From Eremomyces bilateralis CBS 781.70 (taxonomy: Eukaryota), in assembly GCA_010015585.1 (NCBI GenBank), contig ML975149.1: a DNA stretch of 64,000 nucleotides. The stretch is one strand, 5' to 3'. The translations under genes were made by a program, and so were the position numbers. The notes beneath the pieces are model-generated. The model searched no databases, had not been told where the DNA came from, and was given only the letters and a program-made list of their open reading frames with translations. The stretch's first letter is position 1. The number at the start of each line of letters is the position of its first letter. Shown one piece after another: positions 1-13,355 of this stretch.

Positions 1-524
1 TGTACGTGTAGGAGTTGTCCCCGTACAGGACGAACGCCTGATCGGCTCGGTTGCTCTGGGCCCATTGTTCCAAGATATAAAAGACTGAAATGCGGTCTTT
101 GTATTCGTTCCATCGTGCCTTGAAGATGTTACTGAAGAACTTCCCGAGGAGGTCCCAATCGTTCGAGATGCCGTAACGCGCGTCTACATAGGATGCGGCT
201 GCCGCGACGGCGGGTACGGTGAAGCTGAGAGGGACGGATCCCAAATATGGGAGAATCGACGCTGGGGGAGTTGGAATGTTAGCAACAATAGAGGTCGGGG
301 AAGTGGAGTAAATGCATTTGTGGAGCTGCAGCAACTGGAGCTTCGGCAGGAAACCGCCGCGGCTCCAGGCTCCTAGCATGCAGTAGTACTACCAGACACC
401 AGTCTACCACCAAGACAAGCCAGATGTATCATGTAAGAGAGGGATGGTGTTGAGGTTCAACGACACTTGGTTAGGGACGACCACACCAAGCGTCTACTTG
501 AAGGACAAAGTACTCACAAGCCAT
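1..524 (-). CDS. FAT1: Fatty acid transport protein / very-long-chain acyl-CoA synthetase, 5' part (runs off window start)
   Basis: ATG GCT T at 524-518, GTGAGT donor at 517, GCTAAC branch and CAG acceptor at 264-262. The spliced frame reads MASSILPYLGSVPLSFTVPAVAAAASYVDARYGISNDW...DRISVFYILEQWAQSNRADQAFVLYGDNSYTY, which resembles the N-terminus of fungal FATP. The AMP-binding motif lies outside the window. Confidence 0.7.
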
Positions 525-590
525 GATAATCAAGCCGGTAGTCCCTAGCTATTCCAACCCGGTGGGTATCAATTCTAAGGCGACAAGAGA

Positions 591-596
591 CCTCGG
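591..596. promoter_or_regulatory. CCTCGG, putative FarA/FarB (Ctf1-type) fatty-acid response element
   Basis: Exact CCTCGG ~67 bp upstream of the proposed FAT1 ATG. This motif is known upstream of fungal fatty-acid utilisation genes, but a 6-mer can occur by chance. Confidence 0.4.
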
Positions 597-1915
597 GATG
601 CGGAAAATGTCCCAAGAGCCACCAATGTACAATTGACGGTTCCTCTCGAAAGATAGCGATGATCAACGAGGGCGATGTATCATGATCGGCCAAGTTTGCA
701 TGATATTACGACAAAGTCGAAAAATGCAAAGCCGACGCTCGACCGCGGATGGGCTGAGCAGATATATGACCCAGGGCCAGGAACGGCAAGTCTCTTGTCC
801 GGATGGATTGTAAATGACACCTGTGACCTGTGACAATTGTGAGTACCGAGCAGGTAGCGTCACTGGCCTCCGCTGTCAGTGCTGGGCCAGGGGGTGGGCC
901 GCGGGTATCGCTCGTATAGGTAAGGTAGCCAAACAACAAATGGGTCTGGGGTTGAACGTGAATCTCATGAATGAGATGTCCCCAGTTTTACGGCGGTAGG
1001 GTGCTATTAGTGGTGATATGAAAGTGATATGTATATTATTACTGTAGACAATAAAGACATGGCAGGATTGCTGAATTGAAAGACCAGCCATACCTAGGTA
1101 GGCAATTACGTTCCGAATTACACCATCACTGGCCTGACCCGTCATCTCCTGTCCACAGCGCAGGCGACATGGAAGACCTAGACTGGACTGGATCCTCCAC
1201 ATGAAAGCCAAGGCAACACCGAAATAAGGTATGGACAAATAGGAATCATGGATGGGATCGTTGGACCGGTACGATGCCCGTCGAACGCCGATGAGGCGCA
1301 CTACAGCGTCCCGGTGGGCACGGGACCGGAAACAGGAAGGCCGAACAGGCTGGTCGAATAAATAGAGACCGGCGAGAATCTAATGCATGTTGCAAGGATG
1401 CAAGGATGAAGGAAAGAGGAGCAGAACGTGATGCCGAGTTACCATTTGCGTGGAAACCGGAATGGGTGGAGATGTTTAAGTCACGTGATTTTAGGGAAAT
1501 GTGGTGGAGCGGGGCGGGGCGGGAAAGTGGAGCGTTTGACATCAGACTGGATTGGAGTGAGATTCCACTCATGCGGTCAGGTCTTGGCTCAACAGTGATT
1601 CTGCGAATTCATAAATCGAATTATCATCATATCGATATAAGATGGCTATCGCGTCGAAATGAGTGAGATCCAAGCAGGTGTTAGATGCATTCTCACATCC
1701 GCCGTCGCTATGTGCGCGAAGGACCATCAATCCCCCCAACTACCCGCTAGAGAGATACGATCCCCCATGTAGGAACGAACAATGGTGCGCCTTCAAAGCA
1801 AACCCGCCACCGTGGTACGCCGATGAACACGCTTTCGAAGAAATCTTGCCATTGCCCATATTTTCCTCGCCGATAAGATCGCATCGGCTCAAACTACCCT
1901 TCATTATCTCCCCGC

Positions 1916-4613
1916 TTAACCCGTCCCCTTATCCTCCACTAACGTCGGCGCAATCCTCCTCTTCTTCGTCTGCCTCGTCTCCCCATCTTCCCCCTCATCC
2001 GCCCCCCTCTTCCTCTCTCCTCCATCTTTCTGCCCCTCTACCTCCCGCTCGCTCTCGCTCTCTACCGCCGTCTCACTGCTGGTAACGCCGCTAAGTGCAG
2101 TTCCGACAAAGCCGGCCCCTGATCCAATTCCGGAGATGCTGCTCCTCGCACTGTGCGTGCTCATTGCTCCAGGAACGGTGTTCGAAATGCTGCTGGCCCC
2201 GGGCGTGAGCGGTGGCGTCCAGAGTGGCTGCATGCCGGGCACGGGTCCGGAATTTGTAGCGGCAACGCTGGGGATGGCGCTGAAGCTCGGTGTGGCCGCC
2301 CCCGGGACGATCGCGGCGGGCGTTGAAGGGTGGTTCGATGACGGAGGTTGAGCTGTGGAGGAAGTCGCTGATGCTGTAGAATTGTTAGGCGCTGAAGGCG
2401 GCACTGCAGCGACATGAGGTGCGAGAGAGGATGCGATGGAGCTCGCAGACATGCTACGGGCAGGCGAACGCGGTCGAGCGTACTCGGTGTTTGAGGCCGA
2501 GTGAATACTGCTCATTGGAGACGGCGGGGCGGGGAATGGATGGGGCGTGCTGGCGGATGGGAGCGAGCTAGCCGTGGTCGTGGCTGGGGTCGAGGCGATG
2601 GTGCTTGGCTTAGGGATCGTTGAGGATGTTGGGGTAGGGGTTGGGGTGGAGTGTGCGCTGGAAGCAGCGGTAGAGGTGTTGACAGCGATACCGGAGTGAG
2701 ACGGTGTCGGCGTTGGTCGAGATGCGGTCGGTACAGGACCTGTATAGACGGTCCCGAGCTCGTTTTGAGAGAATGCCAATGTCGAGCAGAACCCGTCTGA
2801 AGATGATATTATGAGGGTGTTGCCGTCGGATGACCTGCAGTATCGTTAGCATTGACGTTCGGATCTAGAAACGGACACGGGACAAGTATACCATGTCAAG
2901 TCGGTGAAGATCGCATAATGGAGATTCGAGACGATGCAAAGCGGTAGAGTTTGCTGGGTGTCATAAATATGAACAGCATCAAGCGTCGCCACTGCATATA
3001 CCATTCTATAAGGCAGCGCGAACGCAGATGTCGGGCCAGCAGATGGTGGTGCTGATGTAGGCGTTGTGTCCGGCTCCGATGCCTTCGGTGATGCCGCAAG
3101 CATGCTCGGAGAAGGTGAAGGGGCGCTGGTAAACGGCGGCGGGTCCATCGTTGACTGTGGAGTTCCAACCTTGTTCGGCAGGGCTGGTTCGGGAAGTGCG
3201 GCTATCTCTTCCTCCAACGACGAAGTATCGACGATGATATTTTTTGTCGGAACGGGGGATTGCCGAAGGGTGTAGTAGACAGGCGAGCATTTTACAGCAA
3301 TTGAAGGTTTCTTGTGTCCAGGCAGATATGCGATTGGGGGCTTGTTCAATCCTGCGCGTGTATATATATAAACCGTGTTGACGGTATCTTCGGATGGCCT
3401 GCCGAATTCCGAAGTGGCCGGGACGTGTGTTTTATATTGGCCTGCCGGAGTGAAAAGTAGCGCACCGTCGGAAGAGAAGGTGAGACGTCGGAAGAAGGAA
3501 ATGAATGTTTCGTTGGCGTAGATGTTGGTGTTCTTGGTGACCGGGGCTCCGATGCCTCCAATACTCGGCGAGTTTCCAGGCATGACTGCAGGGAGTGGCA
3601 CTGATGGTGCGGGAGATGCTGAGCGGCGCATGGACGGTGACGATTCAAATGAAGACCGCCGACTGCGCGATGACAGTGGCGGATTCATTGGCAAGGCCAA
3701 GCTATTGGGTGTTCCAGGTGCGGAGGGAATGGGAGAGCCAATCCGGTTCTCGGTGTGGAAGCTTGTCCGATGTGGCATGTCGGGAGGTGCAGGGCTGTTG
3801 GACGAGATGCGACGAGAAGGGAGGTCCATCTTCGTCACTTTGCTATGGTTCGCCAAAGAGAATTGCCCATCTTTGGTTCTGAGGGTGTAGATGTGGACTG
3901 ATCGGTCGGAGGACTGTGTAGCAACGAATTCGTTCAAAGGATCCCAAGCAACTCCTTGGACATAGTGGTTGTGTTCCGCGATTTGACGTACGGCTTGTCC
4001 TATAATCGGTCAGATTTGGCAATGCAATAGTTGATCCCCGACGAACCTGTGTGGGCATTGTATATCCGGGCAATATTGTCCATACTGCCCGTAATGAAGA
4101 ATGTCCCATCAGGAGACCAGGCCATATCATAGATCTCGGATCCCATAGAGCGGAACATGTGCTTCACCCTCCATGTCTCCTTATTATCCAATCCATCTTC
4201 TCCGAATGTGGTTCGTTCCGGGTGCTCGGACGGGACCCATAGCAGTACATTGCCGTCATCTCCTGCACTTCCGAGAGTCTCGCCTACCGAATGTTTAGCA
4301 CGCTGTCAAACGAGGGAGGGACGGGAGTAACCGTACCTCTTGGGCACCACCGAACGACATTGACCGTCTGAGTATGCTTCACAAGTGTTGAGAGATAAGA
4401 TACCGACCGAGAGTCGCCATTCGATTCAACTTTCCACAGCTAGACTCCGTTAATATCGCATAGATGGGTGGGGGACGTTCGTGCAATACTGACCCGAACA
4501 TTACTGTCTCCTCCAGCAGTCGCTAGTCTCCCCTTTCCATGCGGTTCAAAGTGGCAGGAGTAGATGGGGGACTGGTCGTTGTGCCACGAGATTAACAGTG
4601 GTGTGGCCTTCAT
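1916..4613 (-). CDS. CAC2: Chromatin assembly factor 1 subunit B (p60), WD40 protein, multi-exon
   Basis: N-terminus MKATPLLISWHNDQSPIYSCHFEPHGKGRLATAGGDSNVR; motifs EIYDMAWSPDG, HYVQGVAWDPLNEFVATQSSDRS, SFFRRLTFS, NLHYAIFTDLTW; C-terminal B-domain-like KKRRIAPTLV. Four GT-AG introns keep the frame. Confidence 0.93.
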
Positions 4614-4937
4614 AGCTGCCCTCGACTCAATACGGGGACGTGTTGAACGCCCTCGGATTCAAGGGTCTGAATTCCGGGGGCGTGATGGGTCAAAGGGTTC
4701 GGTGCTTTCGGGAACGAGGTCAGATCAGGTGGGGATTGGTAAAGCATAAGGAGGCGGGATTTCAAGGGGAACAGAGTCAATGTTTATGTAGAAGGGGGGG
4801 TGGGTAGGTGATGGTGATGGTGAGGTCGAATGGATGATGAAGAGGGTGGTGGACTGGTGGTGGTGGTCAATAGTCGTGGAGCAGGTGGTGCAGCAGAGCC
4901 CAGAAGTGGTGCCCATTGAGCTCGTCTCATTGGCCGG

Positions 4938-4943
4938 ACGCGT
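4938..4943. promoter_or_regulatory. MCB element ACGCGT upstream of CAC2
   Basis: Exact MluI cell-cycle box ~325 bp upstream of the ATG of an S-phase gene. Confidence 0.4.
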
Positions 4944-5381
4944 CCCCCAGAGTGTTTGGAGTTTGGAGCAGCGGGAGTCGGACTGAGCTTGGAGTCGAGT
5001 TCTACGGTCGGTTCTACCATTTCCACCAATACTCTGTGCACCCACGGCTAATGCATGTTTCGAGGTCTGTTTCGAGCCCTGCTTCGACTCATGTCATGGA
5101 TCCAGTACGGTACTGTCGGTACCTAGCTATGAGGAGCTATTTACTACTATAAAGGCAGCGAGAAGGCAGCAAGAAACCCATTTGCCGAGCGCCCACTTCT
5201 TCTCGACGAAACCACATTTATTTAAGCAGAGTAATGAACGCAGGACGAATTAGAGCGCGGAGGCCGACTGGAGGCTCGTCGATGATAGACGCATGGGAAA
5301 GCCATCACTTGACCATATGTGAGAAGAGTTTGATTAATGTACACATTTCGATACCTCGATCAACAACACTGCTGAACCAGC

Positions 5382-6431
5382 TCACGTCACAGTGACCTCG
5401 GGTCGGTTGGTTTCTGCTGGCATGTTGAGATACTCGACCCTCTCATCCTCGATGTAGCCAATTCCATAAGCCCTGGCCTCTTCTTCTGGAACTAGGAGAG
5501 CCTTGGGATCCCGCCAGTCAACCCAGCCCAGCAGTGGAGTGCTCAGTCTATAGCCAATAATGTTCTGCATCCGCTTGTCATATGAGGCGATGGTTTCTTT
5601 GGAGTGAGACCAAAACTGATTCTCGTGCTGTAGGCATAGTCAGCACCTTTTCATCGAGGAACGGTCGTGGAGAAGACCAACCGATCGTAAGTGGCCCTAG
5701 GTCCTAAAGGAAGCAAACACTAAACGCTCTTCATCCTTCGTGTTGTTCGCGCTTCCCCCATGGTAACAGCTTCCAAGCATGAAAAATGCGTCCCCTTTTT
5801 CCATCTCCGCGTACACCGCCTGATCTTCACATGATTTTGTTTCCATATCCCACAAATGACTACGTGGGACAAAGCGAGTGATGCCGTTTTCTTTGGTTCC
5901 CTTGTTACCACCCACAAACATTCCGAACTGCGTATCGCGGCCCGGCCTATACTGCTTCGGGGTAATCTCTTCCAGACCGTTGTGGTGAATGGTACAATCC
6001 CGATGAAGACCTTGCGCTTCGGCGCCAGGCAGAATGGAGAAGCCCAGAGCGCTGCAGAGCTTGGGGTAATGGGCATTTTCCACCCGGATGTCTCCATACC
6101 AATACGCTATTTTGGAAGACAGGATGATGTTGGCCGTATCCTGATACAGCTCGTTTCCAATGAGGCTCTCCGTCCACGCCCTGGATCTACTGACAATGCC
6201 TTGTACACGGCGTGACTTGTCGGGGAAGGCAACTTTGTCGAGCCATGGTTGGTCGTTCTGGAAGTACGGACGCACGTCTTTCTCGATCTGATCCATCACT
6301 TGGAGAGGAATGAGCCCACGTACGAAACAGCCACTGTCCTGGATGAGAGCGTCGGCAAGCTTCCGTGGAGTTGCGGTTTCCGGAGTGAACTCATGGATCT
6401 TCCAACCTTTGGACACTGTTGCTGGAGCCAT
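5382..6431 (-). pseudogene. Phytanoyl-CoA dioxygenase (PhyH) family Fe(II)/2-oxoglutarate dioxygenase with a premature in-frame TAG
   Basis: QGLHRD (HxD), NG-TRFVP-SHLW, GDAFFMLGSCYHGGSANNTKDEER. Exon 1 continues ...FASFRT*GHLRS (TAG at 5699-5697), then intron 5681-5628, then exon 2 in frame HENQFW...IIGY...LGWVDWRDP to TGA at 5384-5382. Confidence 0.8.
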
Positions 6432-6601
6432 ATTGACAACTTTGCTGAAAAGATTTGGATATAAAAGACAGGAAACTACAGGTACTTAACGAAAGCAGAA
6501 GCAAATCTAGGAGAAAACGTCTTAGCTGAATCTAGAACAGATTTGCCCATAGTATTTTAGTATTTATGTTAGTATACCAAAAGGTTATGAGTACGGTCCT
6601 T

Positions 6602-6714
6602 ATCTTTCGATTTATCTTTCGGCTCATCTTTCGAGGTGGTTTGAAGTTTGAAGATAATAGTAAGATGTAGGTAATACGAGGATTTTGCGGATTCCGCGGG
6701 TTTCACGGGTTTCG
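6602..6714. repeat. Two short direct-repeat arrays upstream of the dioxygenase
   Basis: ATCTTTCG x3 at a 12-bp period (6602, 6614, 6626); AGGATTTTG/CGGATTCCG/CGGGTTTCA/CGGGTTTCG at a 9-bp period (6679-6714). Confidence 0.6.
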
Positions 6715-7039
6715 CGCCTTGCAGCGTATGACCGCGATCATCAACTCATGGTGTTCTACTGCCTTGAAGTTGAGAATGAATGTACGGAGTGGATAGATTA
6801 GAGCATCCAAAACATCAACATGTGGGACGGCAGGGCATTTTTGCCGTTCTTAATGTGCAGTGCCAAGTCTGATACGATTCGAACCAACCCTAACGGAATT
6901 AGGTAAGTGGAGGAGAGGCAGGGTCATAGGGAGCCAGGGACATCGCCTGCCGCATGGGGCACCGCCGACCTTACATCAGATAGTACATACCACTGATAGT
7001 TAGTAGTGTAATGGAAGTACAACCCCAAATAATTATCGC

Positions 7040-8997
7040 TTATTCGTCCCGGCGACGGCCTTCAACCGTGGAGACAGGGCCTTCGTACACGTGCCGCGCT
7101 TGCACGAAGTACAGAATGGCAGCTATCAACATGAGCCCCACGAATAGAACAACGGCCCAGTTGAAGTTCTCCGGAGTCACGCCCTTAAATGTGGGCCAGA
7201 ACCCCCAGAACAGCGCCCACGACGCATAGATAATTCCCAGGTAGTTGACGACGATCCCCCATTTCCCCAGGGACCAGCGCGCCTTCGGGAGCGGCATCCC
7301 AGTGAACCGGCGGTACGCGACGCACCCGATAGAGATCAAATACGTGGCCATGAGCGCGGAGGTGCCGAGCGATACGATGGCGAAGAATGCGACGGTCGAA
7401 CCGACATTGATGAGGGAAATGAGGATCGTGTAGGTGCAGGAAAAGATGATCGAGTTGACGGGAACATGGAGCCTCGGGTGGACGTGCCCAAGCCAGTTAT
7501 GGAAGGGCAGCCCCTTGTCGCGTGCGAAGGCGAATGTCTGTCGAGAGGTGGAGGCGAGCGAGCTGATGGTGATCATGACCATCAGGACTAGAATGATAAC
7601 GGTAAGGCCGGATGCGCCTCCAGCGCTGTTGGTAGCTTTCTTGAAGACGTAGATGAACGCGAAGCCCGTCGGGTCTGTGACTGCGTCGTCGATGCTATCC
7701 AGGCAGAAGAGGTAGGTGAGGATGATACCAAAGGCGAATGGGACGTTTAAGGCATAGGCGATCACCATACTGCGCGGGACGATGACACTGGCATTCTCGA
7801 CTTCCTCGGACATATGGGCGACGGAGTCGGAAGCTGGAAGCATGTTAGGAACTCGCAAGGGTTCTTTCCACACTGAGGTACTGACCGATCAAAGTCCACA
7901 TCGCTGACACTTGTCCAACAAACGCACCCCAGCCCAAGTTTGGCCATCCCGCACCATTGTCAGTGAACGTGAGGAACACGTTTCGGCCGGAATCCTTGGG
8001 TGAAAGCACTAAGAGGGTGATCACGATTGGGAACCAGGCCAAGATATGGAACAGGGCGAAAAGACCTTCTGCCAAGGGCAATTGCTTTGCAGCGAAGATG
8101 TTGAAGAGGGATATGGCGATAACCACGGCGAATATAATGAGGGTGGCTTGCCAGAGTGTTGGGGCAAAATCCACATTGTTAATCGATGCCAGAGCCAGGA
8201 TGATGTTGCCAATAACCCAACAACCGGCAGCGATGATGCTCTGCCAGCAGATTGTGGACAGCCATCCTGGTCCAGAGTGAGCAAACCAGATAAATCGTCG
8301 ATTGTGTATGGGTACCAACCTGAGATATAACTCAGCGATTTCTGAATGCGTGGAGGCGCGAATTCCGAGACCCTAGCTCCAAATCAATGGTTGTTGCAAC
8401 CAAGTATACCCAAGGATCGGCGATCATACCAATGGTATTGTCCTCCAGCCGTTGGTGCCCTGTGGTTAAATTAGCTATTGACCTAGCTGGAGTATATGAA
8501 TTCCACGTACATTGAAGCCATCTCTGCAATCGAGAGGACGATGAACGCCTGGCCGATGGCACACCATACCAACGACCAGAAGTAGCCAGCTTTCCCACCC
8601 GCGGTCAATGCTGCATTGTTCGAACTGCCCGGTTAGATTGAAAGGAGCCGGGTTATCGGGGGAAACCTCACGTCAAAGCGATTTCCCAGGTGCCCATGAC
8701 ACAGGTTGTGAAACCAATGGCAGATACCATTTTGAAGTTTCTCTGCAGTCGAATCAGTCATCCCGGCCGCCGTGAAATCTCGATCCATGGAACACGCACC
8801 CTGAACTCCTGTTTCTTGCCCATACGATGCATATCTTTCTTATCGAAGGGTGTAAAGCCTTTCTTCAACTCGTCCGGCAGGTTGTCTTCATATCCAAAGC
8901 TATAATTGCCCCCTTCTTGCGCTTCGCCCGTCGCAGCTGGAGCAGACTTCTCCATGCTGCCATTTTGCGAAAGGTTGTAGGTTACTCCGGCCGACAT
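7040..8997 (-). CDS. APC-superfamily amino acid permease (choline/GABA transporter type), multi-exon
   Basis: DMHRMGKKQEFR|RNFK, GGKAGYFWS, SIAEMASM, GWLSTICWQ, DSVAHMSEEVENAS, SRQTFAFARDKGLPF, FNWAVVLF; many hydrophobic segments; GT-AG introns. Confidence 0.9.
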
Positions 8998-11266
8998 GAT
9001 TGTTTCGGGTAATCGAAGTCATTGACAACGACAGTGGTAAACTCCAAGTCGAGGACCGATGCCACAAGTGGATGGTCGAGCACGGCGCAAGAACAAAGCA
9101 CAAGGATACTGATACTAGCGAAGGGGAGGAGCGTCACTCGACCAAACGATACACCTTCATGTTAGGCTTCAGACTGAAGTAGGACGGGCGAAACGACGTT
9201 CAAGTATGGCAGTGGCATGTCTGCGAAAGTACAAGCTGCAGAGGGCGTCCTGTTGGCCAATTGCCTCAGACCTCATTGATGTGCCGAATTAGGGATGGAG
9301 CATGGAGCCGGGTCCCCCATTATGCATTATCCCAACACCACATGGGAGCTGAAATACCTGCAGTCATTCCAGCACGAACCCTGCTCACTAAAGGGACGCA
9401 CGCGAAGGATGGTGAGCAACCGACCATGTTTAATTCATATAATTAGATTGTTGAAGGCTCGACGAAGCGGTATAATGATGGAAAAGCAGGAGACCAACCA
9501 GGTCGAAAGAAAGAATTAAGAAATGGCTTGAACGGGTGCCGGACAGCGGGAACCGGGAAGCATAAAAGCAAGCCGATGCACGACTCGTGCCAAGCCTCTG
9601 CCCATGTCGAACTAACGGTGGAACCGAATGATAAAGGCTAGAGCAGCTCGAAGTCGGGACCTCGAGATAGTTTGTAAATGTCCAAGTATTCTGTTGGAGC
9701 TGCAGGTTACAATTTACAGACTCGGATGCAAGTCGATACGGTATTACAGCCGTGGTAGCACAGCCGTAGTGACACAGCATTTGCTGGGACATGGAAAGCG
9801 AGCCACCAGCCTAGAGTCGTCCATCATGCTGCTTGATTTGTTTTTTAATGCCCCTTCAGCTAACTAGAGTGTGCTTGGTGGACCCTGACTCCCTGAGTGA
9901 GTGAATGGTAAAGTATCCTGCTTGGGCCTGCTAAATCTCCGCTGCGGGTCGCGCCCCCTCCCGCGATCGACCCACGACTCCACGACTTAGCGAGATATCA
10001 AACTCCAAAAGTTAAAGGTCTGCGTCCATACTCCGATGACCAATACTCAAGATCCCCAGCAACAACCCCTATGAACGGCGATACGAGTTAGAACGTACAA
10101 TCCCCGTTCGTCCTATCATATATCATGTCTCACTCAGTCTCAGACAGGTGGATGCACCCTCTGTAAAGTGTAAATCCCAAGAGTGAAACATGAATACTGC
10201 CCCTGTTGTGATTTGTGAACTGTGGGGCACTGGGGCCACTGAATGCATCTGCATTTTGCCCAATATTCCCAATATTCCTACGTACAGTCGCCAGGGAATG
10301 AGACCACCCCCTTAGCGACCAATAGTGTGAAGCCTGGAACATCAAAGACGAGGGTTCGGGGAGTGATGGGCTCGTTGCGCGCACTGTAGAGTGGGATGAT
10401 TGTGGGGGATACGAATACGGCCAGCCTGTTTCGGAGATGCTGAATCGCCGATCATTTCCCTCCACTGTGACTTCCAGTGTACAGGAATGGCGCCTCATTG
10501 TGCATCAGTGATCCAGATACCCAGTGAGGCCAGTCTCCCTCTACAGAGTATTCAATTGTGCACGGTTTTTCTCCTCAATCACGGCCGGGGCGATCAACTC
10601 CTCCCACTTACGCCTCACTCAACAGTCTCGTTGCACCTATCAACACCTCTCAGATCATACTATGCCTGCATACGACAATCCTCCTCCATCATTTCCCTTC
10701 ATAGGTCTCTCTTGGATCCTCCGAGTCTCTGGTCCCCTAATTTCAAATGTACAATTACCTGGATCGGTACCATCCTCATAGGACGCTGAAAATGTTGCGT
10801 GCTGGACGGCCTGGACCCGTTCCAGCGTGTCGGTGATCTCCCATTTGGCAGATATCGCGATGTCCATGGTGGCAGGTGTGATATTGACGATCTGACTGTC
10901 AGGGCATTGCGCCGTCTTATTAGTTATTGAGTCTCGACCTACCGAATACATGGTTATTGCACGCATAATTGAGGCGATCACCGCAAGAGTCCTGCATGCT
11001 CGTCATCCTGGATCGTTTCGACCTCCTGGTCAAGAACATTGATCAACACTGAATATACCAAGGACTTAATACCACTTAATGTATCTCTAGTTAACCTCCC
11101 CTCGCTCTATCCAAATCTCCCAACCCTATGCTTTCATGCTGATAGCATGTAAAACCGCTTCATTTACGATCTTGGGATACCTTTCAGTTCCTCACGAAAG
11201 CTTCATGGTCCTTATCCTGTCTTTCTTGAAGTCTATTTCCCCTGGCAGCTGGCTACTCTTACCCGC

Positions 11267-12680
11267 ATGGCTCCCGCGGACGGGAGTGACCATCTTACTG
11301 TCTCTAGTGCTGATAAGAAAGCAATCATCGCCATTGTAGCCATCCTTGGCTTGACATGGTCGGTGATTTTCTACTTCGTTCGTGGCTTTATTCGTCTTCG
11401 TATCAGTGGCCCGATCTCCTGGGACGATTACCTGGCGACTTTTGCAACAGTGGGGTTTGTGTTCCGTACTTCCCTGTGGCTGATATTGACCTTTGTTCAG
11501 GTGGTTGGCGTCACGCAGACTGGAGTCACTCTCGATGGTGTGCGGCATGGACTCGGCCAGTCATCCTCGGACCTCTCCGCTGGCGACATTCGCAAAGCGC
11601 TTCAGGTTCGCCTTCTCGGGCCTTGACAGATCGACTCTTAAAGTCAGCTAATGTGGGGAACAGGCTCATTACGCTTCGTTCATCCTCTATATAGTCACCA
11701 TTTGCTCGACTCAAGCCTCGATGGCACTCTTAATAACCCGACTCACAAGAACAAAGCACCACTTAAGCAGTAGCAATGCTGCCACATTGTTCATCATCAT
11801 GGCGGGCTTCATTAACATCTTCGTCGCTTCCTTTCAGTGTCGCCCTCCCCATCCATGGGACACATCAGATGTCGAGTGTTGCAAGCATATAGTATGCAAC
11901 TGGTCGTCAAGCGCTAGTAAACCATAGCTAACGTCGAGTAGACCGTTCGATGGGCTGTTGTCGAGACGATGAACATTCTGATCGAGATTCTTCTCTTCTC
12001 CCTCTCCGTTTTCCTCGTCTGGAGTTTATATATGCCCGTCAAAATAAAGCTAACGGTCTGCGCTGCATTTCTATGCCGCTTGTTGTACGTATCAGTTTTC
12101 GTTGGATGCGACCTCTTGATGGATTGTAAAACTCACCTCGTCCAGAATCATCCCTTCCTCAATTCTTCGTGTCATCCATATCCACGTCGCCTCACTCGGG
12201 TCCGATGCCACGCTGGATGCGACTTATCCTGCCGTTCTCACGCAAGTTGGGCTTCATTACTCGTTAATTGCCACCACCATTCCTTGCATGAAGAAGTTCC
12301 TTAAGCAATTCGATTCCGGATTCGGTGCTACCATGATGATGAGCGACGGCTCCTATGCAGCCAGCCCCACCCGCGACGACCACGCCTTGAGTTCCATACC
12401 AGTGATGATACAACATAATACTCGAGGAACTCACACCAACGAAACACACACCTCCGTTCTCGATTCATATTATGAACCCGAATCGGAAGAACCGCCGCTA
12501 CTACTCCGACCGGACCATCTAGATTATATGACTGATATGGAGGCGTCAGGCGGTAGGTTCCAGGCAGCGGGGACGAGATCTGCGGAGTCGCAATCGATTC
12601 ATACGGAGGTTCTGACAAAGCCATTATCAGGAAACCACAAAGATTCGAAGTCCAGTACAACGACGTGCAATGACTCCTGA
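11267..12680 (+). CDS. PTH11-like (fungal rhodopsin-domain, CFEM-less) integral membrane protein, 5 exons
   Basis: RGFIRLRISGPISWDDYLATFAT, HGLGQ, FQCRPPHPWD, LVWSLYMPVKIKLTVCAAFLCRL, SLIATTIPCMKKFLKQFDSG. Exons join in frame. Confidence 0.85.
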
Positions 12681-13355
12681 ATGCTTATAATGATTGAGCA
12701 GTGTCCCGCCCGACTCCCCCCTGCTCAGTTTTGGCCTATTCTTTGTTTTGTATCACGCACGATACCCATTTGTCTATGGGCTCTTGAACCCTTGCGTTGT
12801 ATTTGAGCCATTTAGCGAGCGGATGGTGAGCTTTTCGATTGACTTGTTTGTTCTACACCGACTGGTTGGGCTGGCGCTTGAGAAGACTCGGGGCCTGCGA
12901 TCTTACAAAAGGAATGCAATATACTCGGACGAATATTGGAATGAATGATAATAGAAACCAAAAAGGGGCAGTGCCTGGAAATCCTACTAGAAACACCATA
13001 TCAACCAAACATTGGCGTCGTACTTTCATGACATGCTCTGGACAGTCTTTGGAGGCTTCCAAATATCCTAGGATATCTTCTTCTCAAATGTTTAGATAAA
13101 GTCAAATTAGTGGAGGCGCGATACACGAAACACATAGTTTTTGCTGGCCATTGTTTTACAGATAGAATCTGATGAGTTGAACGCAAGATCAAAGGAGTGT
13201 AGACCTATATTGTCAAGTAAAATAACAGGACTTACACTCTCAGCCGAGGGGTCCCCTTTACCGCAGTGGACTTTCAACATGTAGGCTCACCATTCCTCAT
13301 GGTGACCCTGGTTCCTCCTGTACCTCCGCCAATTGTCGAGATTCCTTATATGTAA

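Noticed and set aside
13247..13257. AGGGG-T-CCCCT inverted repeat downstream of the Spok-like gene
   Set aside because: Too short, and no matching TIR or Helitron-type end was found on the other flank.
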